DNA from: Phoronis australis
Taxonomy: Eukaryota; Animalia; Phoronida
DNA length: 64,000 bases
NCBI GenBank assembly: GCA_002633005.1
Contig: NMRA01000001.1
Location: 3,517,695 to 3,581,694, forward strand
Direction of reading: 5' to 3'
Shown here: in pieces, positions 1 to 12,540 of the stretch
How positions within the stretch are numbered: the first letter of the stretch is position 1
Layout of the letters: each line of letters opens with the position of its first letter
Notes under the pieces: generated by a model
Database searches by the model: none
What the model saw: only the letters and a program-made list of their open reading frames with translations
Told to the model about the DNA's origin: nothing
Made by a program: the position numbers and the translations under genes

Positions 1-102
1 GTGACGTCGCTGCTCAAGACGGTCAAGACTGTAGAGGACGAGGCTGCTCGCGGAACACGAGCATTGGAGTCGACCATTGAAGCCATCGGACAGGAGATTA
101 AG
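1..102 (+). CDS. TLN: Talin rod-domain exon (5' truncated by window edge)
   Basis: Translates VTSLLKTVKTVEDEAARGTRALESTIEAIGQEIK, matching the conserved talin rod sequence; GTATGT donor at 103. Confidence 0.95.
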
Positions 103-648
103 GTATGTAGAGGAGACAATCTCGATGCTTTCAGTAATCGTTTGTAAGAGAAATAAAAGTTAAAAGAAAATGGACATCATTTTCAGAGTTTTTGTTGTGA
201 ATTTTATAGTGTCGTATTTTGTGCTAGACAACTCTGTGTTCCAATTCATATGCAGTACCTGTAAAATGGTCAGAATAGTTTCTTTGCTTGGAAAAATGGG
301 AAAGAAAAGAAAAAGTCATGGAAAAGAGAGATTTTCACAAGATAGATAGGGATCTCTAATTTTGCAGTTGATGTAAGATCATGTAATTCACTTATGCTTG
401 GCAGCAATCACTTACAGCAAAACTTAACTATTGTGTCAACTTTTTGGTGGAAAAACATCTCTTGGATAATGAAAATTATAATCTAGATAACTAACCCATA
501 ACAAGTGAAAACCCACCATGGGTAGGAGCCGTGTTAAGCTGGCTGTTGTGAGATTTGAGAAGTTAGTGTTTATACCTTGGTTACACCATTGTTATTCTTG
601 CTTTGGTTTAATGTAAGTTACACGATGAAGAATTTTGTTGTTTTACAG

Positions 649-939
649 ACTTTTGAGGGTACAGGTCAGGGCAACAACAGAGGTACTTCCGAGGATCTGA
701 TCCGTGCTACTCAGCCTCTGACACAGGCCACGGCCAAGGCTGTCGCCGCTGGCAACTCGTGTCGTCAAGAGGACGTGATGATAGCTGCCAATGCGGGCCG
801 CAGAGCTGTGATGGACATGCTGAACACGTGTAAAGGTGCGGCATACACTACCAAGGATCTTGATATCCGAGGGAAGGTGCTGGAGTCTGGTCGAGAGACT
901 GCCTACAACTATCAGGAGTTGCTGCAGCTGCTTAATACG
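649..939 (+). CDS. TLN: Talin rod exon
   Basis: ttttacag acceptor; TFEG...SEDLIRATQPLTQATAKAVAAGNSCRQEDVMIAAN...LLNT; gtacga donor; 291 nt, phase 0/0. Confidence 0.95.
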
Positions 940-1368
940 GTACGATTGTAGATGGACGAGAAGTGGACATAGTCAGAGTTCAAATTTGAATGTGCCGTTG
1001 ATACATTGGTGTAATTTTGTTTTAGCGGGTGCATATTTTAAAGTACATGATAGCTGATCAGACACTCTTGATTGTAATATTCTTTTGGTTTTCCTCTCTG
1101 TGTAAATCCGGTGATCGAAAAATAATGGCAAACTTTGTTTCAATCTTTTTTCTATCTTATTCTGTTGAATTTTATGTAGGGCCAATAATTTTTGGTATGT
1201 TTCTTTGTTTTCCTTAAATTCTGTTATCCAAAATGCGTTCTTGAAATTAAATGGAATTCTGTCATTTTGCGCGTAAAGTATGTGACTAGGTTTTTGGATT
1301 TGGCAAACTTTCCATTTTTATCAATGTAAACTGAGTCACAGTTTTTACTGGATCGTGTATTGTTTCAG

Positions 1369-1474
1369 ATCGTACTGAAACCAACTCAAGAGAATAAAAT
1401 GCAACTGGCCGTAGTTTCCAAGAAAGTGGCGCAGTCGGTGACGGAAATAGTCCAGTCTGCCGAGATCCTGAAAG
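1369..1474 (+). CDS. TLN: Talin exon
   Basis: tgtttcag acceptor; IVLKPTQENKMQLAVVSKKVAQSVTEIVQSAEILK(G); gtaggt donor; phase 1 fits the next exon. Confidence 0.93.
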
Positions 1475-1926
1475 GTAGGTTGCCCATTGTTGGTTGACAT
1501 GCAATATACAACATACAAAGGGGATATGTTGGCTTAGTCATCGTCGTCGTCTCAATTGTAAGGGAAATTTGATGTCACATAATCTAAACTAAAACCAAAA
1601 AGGTTTTTTTTGTTGACATACATATACATGTTATCTAATATGTTTGTGGGACAAAATCACCATCTTGTTACATAACCTTGCATAAGGGCTTCCATCAGGA
1701 AAACCAGCATAATGTCTTCCAAACCGTGGGCAGATTCTCGCTGTGTGTTAACGGGTTAGTACCACGTTATCAACAGCCGTGCAACGAAAGCCATCTGACC
1801 TCTCATCTCACAAAAGGTCCATTACAAATTGGCTAGTTAAGACGTTTTGTTAGCAATGTGTGGTACTTCTGCAGCTAGGTTGTCATGGTAACGTGTTGTT
1901 ATGGTGACTTCTGCTTAATATTTTAG

Positions 1927-2051
1927 GTGACGACTGGGTTGACCCTGATGATCCTACAGTCTTAGCAGAGAATGAGCTGTTGTCAGCCGCTAGCTCCATT
2001 GAAGCTGCTGCAAAGAAACTGGCCGCGCTGCAGCCCCGGAAGGCCGCCAGG
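1927..2051 (+). CDS. TLN: Talin exon, start of I/LWEQ (THATCH) actin-binding region
   Basis: ttttag acceptor; GDDWVDPDDPTVLAENELLSAASSIEAAAKKLAALQPRKAAR; gtaaac donor. Confidence 0.95.
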
Positions 2052-3462
2052 GTAAACTCAATGGTTCACTCGCTGTCAGTTACGATGGTCGTGGTGGTGG
2101 CAATCCTTCTTATTGTGTTTTCTGTTTATCTAAATCAGCGTGTGACGCAAGTTTAGAACATTTCTGCTGTATTCGGGAGCATTGATAGATCAGAAAAAAA
2201 CCCAGCTGACTTCAAACGAGTCTGGGGTTTGAATGCTGAATAATTCCATGAGTGATGTTGTGGTATCCATGCTTCTGTCCCAAAACTAATGCTTAATGGG
2301 CGATGGCTCATTGCTCTTAGATCATTCAAATCACACAGTCACGATCTAATCTTCTCTAGGCATTGTGATAGTGAGTCTCTCTCATCCACTCTGTACTAGT
2401 TTCTAAACACTATCTTAACACCAAGTGTTCAGATTTACTTAGTGGATGTAAAGAGGGTTAAAGTAAATTGCGCTGTTCACAGTTGAAACTTTTCGCATTA
2501 CAACATTTTTAATGTTCCTTTGCAAACTAAAAGTCGCCCCTGGTTGTTTCTTTTGATTTTTAAGTGCGCTGATGTCCAAGGCTTTTGTGTAAACATTTTT
2601 CATGCAAGAGCTTGCTTGCATTGTTTCTTCAAATTGTCTTAACGCAACTGAACTGGACGTTGGGTTTTCTGATCAACTCGAAAATATGTCGTGTAGCGTT
2701 GAGTGGACTAATCCTTCTAGTTAACATTGCACAGGCTGTTCTACAATTTGTTGATTCCAATAAAAATTAAATAGACTCTTTATCAGTTACGTTGCCTTAG
2801 GCTGTTTTTAGGGTCTAGGTCTTAAGTAACTTGGATAGCGCAGTTAAGACAAAGTTGGTGAAATTGTTGTGGGAGAAACTTTCGCTTAAGGTATTAAACT
2901 TGCTGTTGAGGAAGTGGTCCATCCTAACACTGACTGCTGGACTTGTCATTCCACTGTTGCTGTGTTGTGTGACACTTGAGTTTTTCTTCGCATCCACTCA
3001 CTGCTGACTAGTCAGTCCGGCTAACCCGCGTTGACAATCGCTTTTGTACCTCGCACTTAACCATGCCACCCATCGGTGAGATATGTTTGATATATTTGGT
3101 GGTCGTTCCGAAACCCACCGTATATCCGACATATCACGCCGTTGGTCCACTGCACTTCACGTCTGGTTTGCTGTGGTGCACCGCCAACTGGTATCTGATG
3201 CTATCAAGATTGTCCACATTTTTACTTGTGTTGGTCTGTTGAATACTCTGACGGCCTTCTGCAATTAATGCTCTTGGAGGGATGAAAACCGGACTGGAAA
3301 TGTGTCCATGAATTTATTTTTTTATTTCAAATATTTCATTAAGTCGTAACCTTCCATGTATGAAAATTGAGTTTTTAACCATGAAGTAGAATTGTTTCAA
3401 CAAGTTCTGGTAATTTTGATGAACATATTTGGGCGTTACATGCTGTCTGCTGATGCTTGTAG

Positions 3463-3588
3463 GAAGCAGATGAGAACCTCAACTTTGAGGAGCAGATCCT
3501 GGAAGCGGCCAAATCAATTGCTGCTGCTACAGCTGCTCTGGTTAAGTCTGCGTCTGCTGCACAGAGGGAGCTAGTGGCCCAAGGGAAG
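3463..3588 (+). CDS. TLN: Talin I/LWEQ exon
   Basis: EADENLNFEEQILEAAKSIAAATAALVKSASAAQRELVAQGK; ttgtag acceptor and gtatgt donor. Confidence 0.96.
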
Positions 3589-3662
3589 GTATGTTGTATG
3601 AGCAAGTGTGCTCAAGTTGTGGGATACTTGATACACTGATCACGTACTGACAGATGTTTTAA

Positions 3663-3801
3663 GGCGCATTTAGAGGGACCTGGGTCCCTCTCCATACTGG
3701 GCCAAAAATATGGCACCCGCATGCCATTTTTAGTACTGTTGCAAAGGTTGGTCCTTCGGAAATTGTGTTGGTGCCCCCCCTCACAAAATCCTAGATGCGC
3801 C
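3663..3801. mobile_element. Small MITE in a talin intron
   Basis: Inverted ends GGCGCATTTAG...CTAGATGCGCC with an internal C-run, like the G/C-run MITEs elsewhere in the window. Confidence 0.45.
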
Positions 3802-4047
3802 AGTAGTATGGTACTTGGTGATTTATCCCTTCTCGCTCATTCTTATTCTAAGCTATACTGTTTAACTACCATTACAGGATAGGACAAATTTAAAGTAATT
3901 TCTACTCGTTTTAAAAATCTGATTAAAGATGTGCTAGGCCTTGAACATGCAGGTATAAGACATTTTAGCCGCTCCAGAAAGAAGACATCTTCTTGTGCCA
4001 CTACAAAAGTATTTTAAGTCAATTGGCTTTGTTTTTTGATTGGTCAG

Positions 4048-4116
4048 GTGAGGACATCTTTCCACAAGTACTCGACTGACAAGGATGAACAGTGGTCCCA
4101 GGGACTCATCTCTGCT
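4048..4116 (+). CDS. TLN: Talin I/LWEQ small exon
   Basis: VRTSFHKYSTDKDEQWSQGLISA, containing the conserved QWSQGLISA; ggtcag acceptor, gtaagt donor; 69 nt. Confidence 0.93.
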
Positions 4117-4530
4117 GTAAGTACATTAAGGCATCTCTGTTGTTGTATTTATCATGCCAGATGTTCGTTGGAGCTTTTGGCTGTCCACGCATCTTTTTGG
4201 CAACAACATTCATAATGACTTCGTGGTTTGTTCATTTTAGCAGAAGATGTATCCTTTGGTTTAATTCGAAACTTTAAACTACTATAAGATAAAATGAGTT
4301 TAAGACCGTTAAATGTGGCAGAAATTATGCCGCTTCTGACTTGACCCTGGACACAGTACACAAAAATCGAAAGCGATGTAGCACCTACCATTGAAGCGCA
4401 TTCATGTGCCAATGTACTAGGGCTTGTTTCACGCGTTGACCTTGACTGAAATATTCTGCTGGGAAACCCACCTTAGATTATGGTTATTTCTGTTCCCGTT
4501 CATCTGTTGCCCTTTGACCTTTCCATCCAG

Positions 4531-4713
4531 GCTAAGGTGGTGGCCACCGCTACCCACAGTCTGTGTGAGGCGGCCAACTCCATGGTGCAGGGCCAGGCAA
4601 GTGAGGAGCAGCTCATCTCAGCCGCCAAACAGGTTGCTGGCTCCACCGCACAGCTCCTGGTCGCTTGCAAGGTCAAGGCCGATTCCGATTCAGTGGCCAT
4701 GAAACGGCTACAG
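4531..4713 (+). CDS. TLN: Talin I/LWEQ exon
   Basis: AKVVATATHSLCEAANSMVQGQASEEQLISAAKQVAGSTAQLLVACKVKADSDSVAMKRLQ; atccag acceptor, gtgaga donor. Confidence 0.96.
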
Positions 4714-5268
4714 GTGAGAAAACGCATGTGAAGGAGAAATGGGACGTGTAACCAGGGAATATAGGATGTCTAGTTAAATGTGAACAGAAACTGGAGTTGA
4801 TTTTGCTGTACACACCAAAAATGTCAAGTAAATTAAGCCACTCTTCCATACTCTTCGAATCTTGACAATCTGTTGAGTGACCGCTGTCCATTTATTAGAC
4901 GGGGATGAAGCTTTGTGACAATGCCAAGATTTGTATTGTGCCTGTCATTTTATTCTGACTTAATGTGTTCTCTTGGTTTGGTATCAAGTGATGTCGAAGA
5001 CCTATGTATTTTAATTACTTTTTGTAATTTATTTAATATTCTTATTACCACAGCAAGGTCACTGGTCAAATGTCTCTGAGATTATGATTTGTAATACATA
5101 AATGTTGTAAGGATATAAATAAATGTGAATTTATCCCAAGTCAAGAATCAAAGAACTCAATGTGTGACCAAAACCACAAATAGCAGTTTCAATTAGATTC
5201 CCGAGGCAAGTAGACCTTTGTTATCTGGCTGTTGATCCTCCAAACTTATCAATTGTTACTGTCTATAG

Positions 5269-5397
5269 GCGGCTGGCAATGCTGTGAAGAGAGCTACAGA
5301 AGCTCTGGTAAAGTCGGCCCAACAGGCTAAAGACCATGCTGACGGAGATGCAGACGTCGTTCACCTTAACACTAAGATGGTGGGAGGAATTAGACAG
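5269..5397 (+). CDS. TLN: Talin I/LWEQ exon
   Basis: AAGNAVKRATEALVKSAQQAKDHADGDADVVHLNTKMVGGIRQ; ctatag acceptor, gtgagt donor. Confidence 0.95.
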
Positions 5398-5818
5398 GTG
5401 AGTGGAGTGGAGGTTTAGGCTAAGTTTGTTGGGTTGCTACGATACAGGTAGAGTGTGGACAGAACGTGTAGATGGGTAAGGATAGTGGCTGTGTAGGAGG
5501 GGGGTGGGGAGGGGGGGTAGTGTTAGGTTTGAATGATTCAGGGGTAGCAGGTGAGTTTGGAAGGTTACATTTTTAAAACAAGGGTGGTCCTGTTTTATAG
5601 GGGTGGTAGGATGATGATGATGGCTATTAAACCTTGTTGTGGTGTTATTGGTGTAGTGTTTGAGATAGGCCACACAAGGAGATATAGTGCTGTGGGACTG
5701 GCAACTAGTGACATCTGTGGTGGGAGAAATAACACTGATAAGTGGAGCTAACAGCTGTTCTGTACAGACTGAGTGATGGAGAACCAAAGGTAACATTGAC
5801 TATGTTGATTGTTTGCAG

Positions 5819-5950
5819 CTCATTGATGTGCAATCGGAAATCATTCAGAAAGAAAAAGAGTTAGAGGCAGCCCGTGTTCGTTTGGCCAAACTCCGAAAGG
5901 AGAAGTACAAAGATTTGCCACCAGAGGAGGACACTGGTGCTCTTTGGTAA
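5819..5950 (+). CDS. TLN: Talin terminal coding exon (dimerisation helix)
   Basis: ttgcag acceptor; LIDVQSEIIQKEKELEAARVRLAKLRKEKYKDLPPEEDTGALW*, with TAA at 5948-5950. Confidence 0.93.
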   Translation, partial: LIDVQSEIIQKEKELEAARVRLAKLRKEKYKDLPPEEDTGALW

Positions 5951-6611
5951 CTTGGAATGCTGGCAGCATTCTTGTTTCATATCTCAAGCCACCAAAGGAG
6001 ACCAGTGCCTTGCCCATGACCTTTGACCCTATTCCTGTTTTTCTACAGGCAGCCCTGTATAGTGTAAATGAGTGTTCACCAGTGAAACGTTTTGTCACCC
6101 AACATGAAATCCTTTTGTGACTGCTCTTTAGCTGACGACCCAAGACTGGGTTAGCATTATGTCTGTTGTGTTTAATTTAACTGTGTTTTATCTGATGAGA
6201 ACAAAAAAGCATATTTGGTTTGCATAATTTGCATACCAACTATCGAAACCAATGCTTTACTGTTTAAAAAGAGTCTGTCCACATTATTTTTTCATGTTTT
6301 CAATCCTTTTCTAAAAGCCACACTAATACTCAAAAGTTGCCAGTCAGTCTTACAGTAAATTATGAAGACATATCGAGTATGTTTTGTGAAAGTCAGAGGT
6401 ACCATGGTGTGAATCGTCGACCCTCCTGGATACCTGGTTGCTGTTATCAGTGTTGTTTTGCACTTTGCTTTGAGAAAGTTTAGTGTGGTGACTCACAGTT
6501 TCATGTTATAAGTCGAGATGCTTTGACTCTGTCTTTGCACGTGGTTATACACTCTATGGGCTGTTGTTTGCATTGAGTGTTGTATTGTTGTTGGGTGTAC
6601 AGTGTCCCTCA

Positions 6612-6682
6612 CTCTCTCCCTCCCACACTGTCTCTCTCCACCTCTCTCTGTCTCTCTCTCTCTCTATATATATAAATATATA
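6612..6682. repeat. (CT)n/(TA)n microsatellite
   Basis: Imperfect ctctct... run followed by tatata. Confidence 0.8.
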
Positions 6683-7342
6683 TTGTACCTTCACTTTTGC
6701 CTTCTCTTTCTCTCCTCGTCTTTCCTTCTCTGGTTGGCATTGCATGCTCTATATATACTGGTAGCAGTATTGTATCATATGACTTTATTAGAAAGCATGG
6801 AACACCTAGCCATCTTCCCAGTTTATATAATGTACAAAGGTATAGCTAAGGTGAATGGTGATTGCAATGTGTTTTGAAAAACTGTTTTCAGTGATAGATC
6901 ATAGATATCTTTTTATTTTTAAACATGATCAAAATTCTGTGTTGTCAATTTGGATAATCCCAGTCACATAACTGTCAGATATGACTTTGTTCTCGTGTGA
7001 CTTGAGATTTTGTTCAGAACAGTTATCTCATTGACAGAGTTAGGTTTTAGGGTGGTAAATTGCGTGGTCCAGTTTGTGCTTCAAAGTCCTTGTTGCTTCT
7101 TTTGCAAGTTTTTGTGCTGTGAAATTTTTCAATTTGTAAATGTGCCATGAGTTAAGGTGTGTGTGTCGGGTGATTAAGCGAGAGTTGTCACATTTTTGTA
7201 GCATCTGTTGTTGCTGGTTTTCTGTTTGACTCTTTTCAAGTCCAGCTCAAAACAATAGCCGGAGTTATGTCACATGGTATGCAGTGCATTCTACATCTGT
7301 TGGTTAGTAATTAATGAACTAGTTTGTTAAAAAGTTTATGTA

Positions 7343-7625
7343 ATCACCAACTTTTTAAGTCTGGTCTGCATGCCACCTTTTGGTCACATCATGTGAACTA
7401 ATGAACATTAGTCCAAAAAGATTTCTGCCCCCAACTGGGACTGGGACCTAGGACTTTCTGTTAACCATGCAGATGGTCTTGCCACTGCCAGAGTGTTTGA
7501 ACGGCTAGCAGAAGGTCCTGGGTTGGAGTCCGGTCAGGAACAGTAATCTTTTTGGACTTATGTTAATTAGGCCACGTGATGTGGCCAACAGGTGGTGTGC
7601 AGACCAAACTTAAAATGTTAGTGAT
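7343..7625. repeat. Long inverted repeat (fold-back) in the putative talin 3' UTR
   Basis: Left arm atcaccaactttttaagtctggtctgcatgccacc...aacattagtccaaaaagatt pairs with right arm aatctttttggacttatgtt...ggtggtgtgcagaccaaacttaaaatgttagtgat; arms about 120 nt each. Confidence 0.85.
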
Positions 7626-7951
7626 CTATATATAAGTTTATCCAGTATTTAAGGTATGGTACAAGTGTACAGAGGAACAAACTTTTTAATACACCACAAA
7701 GGTACAAAAGGAAGTTGACTGAACTTGGGACTATTGTAATATTTTAGATCGAATTAGTTAGTGTTAGTAAGTTAACTAGTTTACTAGTTTATCTGTTTGT
7801 CTTTAGTACTTTTACATGGGAGATTATAGATGAAGAGGAAATGACAACTTAGACAAAATTTTGTTGTTTGCTTTAAGCAGTTCTGCGCTCACATAAGCAT
7901 GGCATCTCAAGGAACAAAAACTAGGCTTATTATTTTTACGGTCAAAATGCA

Positions 7952-8055
7952 TTATTATCTTTGTCCTTGTTATTATTGCTTCTATTATTATTATTACTAT
8001 TATTATTATCATAATTATTATGAACATTGTGATTGATATTTCTGGTATAATTATT
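7952..8055. repeat. (ATT)n-rich microsatellite
   Basis: Imperfect attattatt repeats. Confidence 0.75.
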
Positions 8056-8201
8056 AGTGCGTCCACAAGTGTTCAATACTAACAGAAAACTGCTTGGGAT
8101 ATTTTGCTGGACATATCAATTGACTTTTTGTTGACTCTTAAATTTCCTGGGACATGGACAAAAAGTACCTAGACTTTATATACATTTCTTATACACAGTA
8201 T

Positions 8202-8207
8202 AATAAA
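8202..8207 (+). promoter_or_regulatory. Candidate talin polyadenylation signal
   Basis: AATAAA followed by T/GT-rich sequence; the first clear canonical hexamer I found after the stop codon, implying a 3' UTR of about 2.2 kb. Confidence 0.45.
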
Positions 8208-11196
8208 ATTGAATATTTCTGGTTTAATTCTTGTTGGTTATTGGGAATTCCCAGGAAATCTAAACCTCTTCCTCTCCCACAGTAGTGGTGATTCAGTCAG
8301 GATCTCTTATCACCCATTCTGGGGTTTTCTTTGACTAGGACATATTTGTGCTAACTTTCATGGTTTGATTTAAAATGTTATCTGGTATTGGATGGAGCAT
8401 TTTGTTAGAGGGTGAAGAACTGTTATTGGCAGCAAATAACGAAAAGGAATAATCTGTATTAAATAAGGAACCATCTTTAAGATCAACAATACAGCAACTT
8501 GTCCACAGAAGTGTTGAAACTGTTATCAAGCTTTTGTCCTAAAAGAATGAAAATGTACTGGCCAAATGTTGATAGCGGAGTCATAAACCAACAGGTCTCG
8601 TGAGATCTTTACATAACAGTCTGAGTCGCTGCTCTGGTAAAGCTTGCGTAGCCAGCAGCTTCGGTCTGCACGTCTGTGGTGTATGGCGGTGGACCGCATT
8701 GACTGGAAAAACATTTGGCGCGGCCCCCGCAGGCTCAAAAAGTAGACGGGAAAATTAAACCTGTTTTTAAGGGGATTTAAAAGAACCTTCTATCACAAAA
8801 AACGACAATTTTGGATTAGACCGCTTGCGTATCTCAAATTGTTCCTTAATCAAAATGGGTGTGTTTTCTGGGCTTTGAAGTACTAATAGTTATTCCGTGC
8901 TTGAGACTCAGTGTGCTTTCGGCGGATGCGAAAACTCAAGATCATGCAAGACTTCGCGAGATGTAGCCGTGTATTGCAAGCGAAGCACGTGATCACACTA
9001 GCCTGTCATTCGTAAGATTCTTACCTCTAAAGGACTCGGCACAGGCTCTACAAGTGCACGATGTCATTTTATTCTTCAAGCATGGTCTTCAGCCATCATG
9101 GAATTGTAAGATCCTTGTTAGACTAATTTGAAATCACATCTCTAGAGTAAGAAATAAGTTGAGACCAATTCTAAAGGAGAATATGGTATGAATCAAAAAG
9201 GTATTTTCTTCTACCGTGAGAACGCAGGTTTATTAGTCGCTTTAACTTTACCCGTCCAGTACTGGGATTTCACCACCGTGGCCACGTGTTGTACGCAAGT
9301 ACCCGCATATTGCGTGGAAACAATCTGCGAAGTGTGTTGGTAGGTATACTGTCAAACTTGAGAAGTCGCTGACATCAACCCCACAGGTGCTGATAATGGA
9401 TTCCCTGTGACATTCTTTGACAAAACTCGCTTTGTGACATTTTGAGAATTCTGTGACAAAATGTGTGTTTTTTGCCGAGTCAAGTAGGCTGTTAGTGTTT
9501 TGTTGGGTTTACATTTATTTTAGGCAGCATCAAGTGATGGTTTCTTTTTTCACAAAATGTTAAGTTATGGCATTCTTGAATATCTGAGTTTTGTTGTGTC
9601 TCACATGTGTGACAAAAGCAAACTTGACGCTACTTACACTTACAAAAAGCACCATAAAAGCTGTGTCGATTGAGTCTTCCCTGTGATGTCCCCAAAATTT
9701 TGAGACCTGGCAAGTTGTGGTTTGCCATTAAACATGATTCGATTCCCCGCAGCTGTTTGTTTGGGAAATATACGGGAAACGTACCGATTCCTTAGCCCAC
9801 AGTGTGGCGTCCGTCGGGACAGTCCAACGCTATGAGAGCGATAATTTACGCGCGCACTTCAAGAAATACGCCGGCACATATGTAACTCTTAAAGTGCTTT
9901 AAAATACCATTCACCTCGTTTTGTCAAGTGACTACACACAAGGGTGAATTCAATATCCCAAATACGAGAAAAGCGATTTTGATTGAAACTTGAATTGCGT
10001 AGCTCCACGAACATGAGCCTAATGAGAGATGTGAACGTGTTCAGCGCCAGTGTGTCATGTCCACCAACACGCGACATTGTACAAACTTGTGCCTTATTCG
10101 CACTTCTCTGATGTCCCGCGGGAAAGTGGAAAGAACCACAGCGTAGTCAAATGCTAGTGAAACGCCGCAAACACCAACACAACGCCTCGCCATTCTTCAA
10201 TATACTTTGAATTACGGGGAAACTAGCAACATCACACTTAACACAATGGGGGAGGGGGTGACTAATGATTTGATTGGTTGTCCCGACGTTTCGACCAATA
10301 AGTGCTCGTAACTCTAGATAGGCTAATTATCGTATCGTCAAATAGTGCGGGCATTTGACAGCTGATCGACTGGTGAGGTTGTTTTAATGTTTTCGATATG
10401 AAATTGATGATTTTAAGAACTTTTATTACTATAAGTGTTTTTACAATCAACATGTGCAGGGTACAGTAGAAAATTAAGTACTAATGTTTATTTTATCAAA
10501 TTACAATCACCAGAGCTAAATTTCTACAATGTCACTACAGTTCGATGGGCCAACATGTATCTGCCTGCCATAGGCCGTCAATGTGTTCCATTTCTTGTAA
10601 TGGTTTTCTGCAACAGTTGCTAATTTTGCTCCATTTCTTCTCCAAACTACTATTACCTTATCATTTTATTATTCCAAAACATGTTATGCAAATCCATCAC
10701 AAAATGATGCACGCACAGCGACTGAGGTTTTGGTGTTTCTGTTTTACCAAAAGCATGCATTGAACTGTGACCTGTGAACCTCGAGTGTCGCTTGATCACA
10801 CGATGCTTCGCATGCACAAGGTCAAAAGTGTTATGGAGAGGTGTTTTTGTAAAAACAGAAATACAGCAGTGGTTGCTTTAGGTTTCACAAGATCACATTA
10901 CTCCAAAGTTGGTGTTTTAACGTGTGGAGTTAATGTTCCGTGACAAGTAAAGTGAGGTAGATTGTACCCATTGATAGCCTTTACTGTTTCGAAGAATTTG
11001 TCATAAAAAGGCACAGATATCTCCTTGAAGACGTCGTTTCTCGAAATACAATAAATGATACCACAAATACAGGTTAAAATCAGTACTTCGATGATCATTA
11101 ATTAGATTAAATCGTAGAACTGAATAAACCAAATTCATAACAATCTTTCGCCCATGTGATAAAATTGTTAATGAACAATTTCCACTTTTAAAAATT

Positions 11197-11549
11197 TCAT
11201 AATATAGTGTGCAGTTTGATTCCTGGAACATGCCTAAGAACTTTCTCCGAAGATTTCCTTTTCTCTTCTCGCATTTCCAGATAGTTAGATCGGTATTTGA
11301 ACAGCATGGTTCTAGTTCCTTCACTCAGTAGGTGGTAATCCTGCTGCTCTTCGATTTGCTGCACCGATGACTTTTCAGAGACGGCCTTTGCAGCGGCTGC
11401 GATGGCTTTTTTCAAAGAGTATTCTTCGGCAAATATGAGCGAGTCGAAATCGAATTCTTTTTGGCAGGCGATTACTTTATCACACTTGTGGAGCACTGCG
11501 AAGGCTTTGTAGTAGTAGGCGATAGGGCACAGACGCTTGGCAGCGCGAA
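11197..11549 (-). CDS. BTB/POZ-domain protein, exon 2 (terminal)
   Basis: Acceptor tttgtcattacag; begins with TT, completing the phase-1 codon from exon 1, giving ...RITS-V-RAAKRLCPIAYYYKAFAVLHKCDKVI...LIFAEEYSLKKAI...; resembles the BTB C-terminal helices and following helix seen in BTB/MATH-38-like proteins. Confidence 0.8.
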
Positions 11550-11642
11550 CTGTAATGACAAACCAAATGGCCGGCGTAAAATCTGCTTAGTAGGCTGACT
11601 TAAAATTTTCCCAATAAAAGCAAATATTCAAATAGCATTCTG

Positions 11643-11862
11643 GGGCTCGTTCCAAGTAACTGACTAAAGTTTATTTTTACGTAAGTCTAAGATTACGGTG
11701 AAACTTCCACATACCGTAAGCTAGCATAATTAAAACAAAACTGAAGTGAAACTTAAGATCTCTTTCTTGAAACAGACTTGTGACAAATTCAAGTGTTACC
11801 TTAAAATTGACTGAAATTTAAGATTTATCTTATAACTAAGTCAGTTTTCTAGGAATGGGCCC
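11643..11862. mobile_element. PIF/Harbinger-type MITE
   Basis: CTG|GGGCTCGTTCCAAGTAACTGACT...AGTCAGTTTTCTAGGAATGGGCCC|CTG: inverted termini with a 3-bp CTG duplication. Confidence 0.65.
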
Positions 11863-12540
11863 CTGTCCTATACAGTAAAAATATCTGCATCTGTGCGATT
11901 AAAATTTCTCTAATCGAGAGGAATTGATGGAGTGACCGCCTCTTGTGGAACCTGTGCTAGTTCCGCAGACTTAAAAGAATCTCGTTAAAAAAGCTAGATA
12001 AGTGTAATTATGTGCTTGCGTGATCTTCCGTTTTCGCGAGGTTCTCTCATCTATGGAACGCAGCGCTGGTCAAGCTGTAAAGTGTTGCGGCGACTATGGA
12101 CTGATTTGAACGCGATGAAATTCCATTCTGTTTCTCATCGCGACCATAATTTGAATAATTAAATTATTTAATTACAAAAAAGAAAATCAATACTAGGCGT
12201 ATCTGGTTAGTCTTGAAGTCCCTAAATCTCTATCGCCCCACCTTGACTTCACGGTATCTTATATCCGTACGGGAATATGTATATTATGTATTTCTCACAT
12301 GACCTGGAATGTGTTACGACACGACTGGTTAATATCACCGAGTACGTAATTTTTTTGATATTACATGGGCGAATCACAAAGTAGTGCAAAATAAATATCC
12401 ATACGCCTTACATTTATCGTCCGAAAAACTCTAAAACAACCAAACGCTCGCCCACCAAACAATGCCGAGGTGACAAGGTTATGATTGACAAATCGGGTGT
12501 CGCAACTGTATGTACTCCCAGTCGGAAGGATATGCAAACA

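Noticed and set aside
2400-3270. Alternative talin exon or nested gene in intron 2052-3462
   Set aside because: All frames are short and none shows talin or other recognisable similarity.
5216-5235. miR-9-like sequence in a talin intron
   Set aside because: The seed is disrupted by a missing G and there is no hairpin partner.
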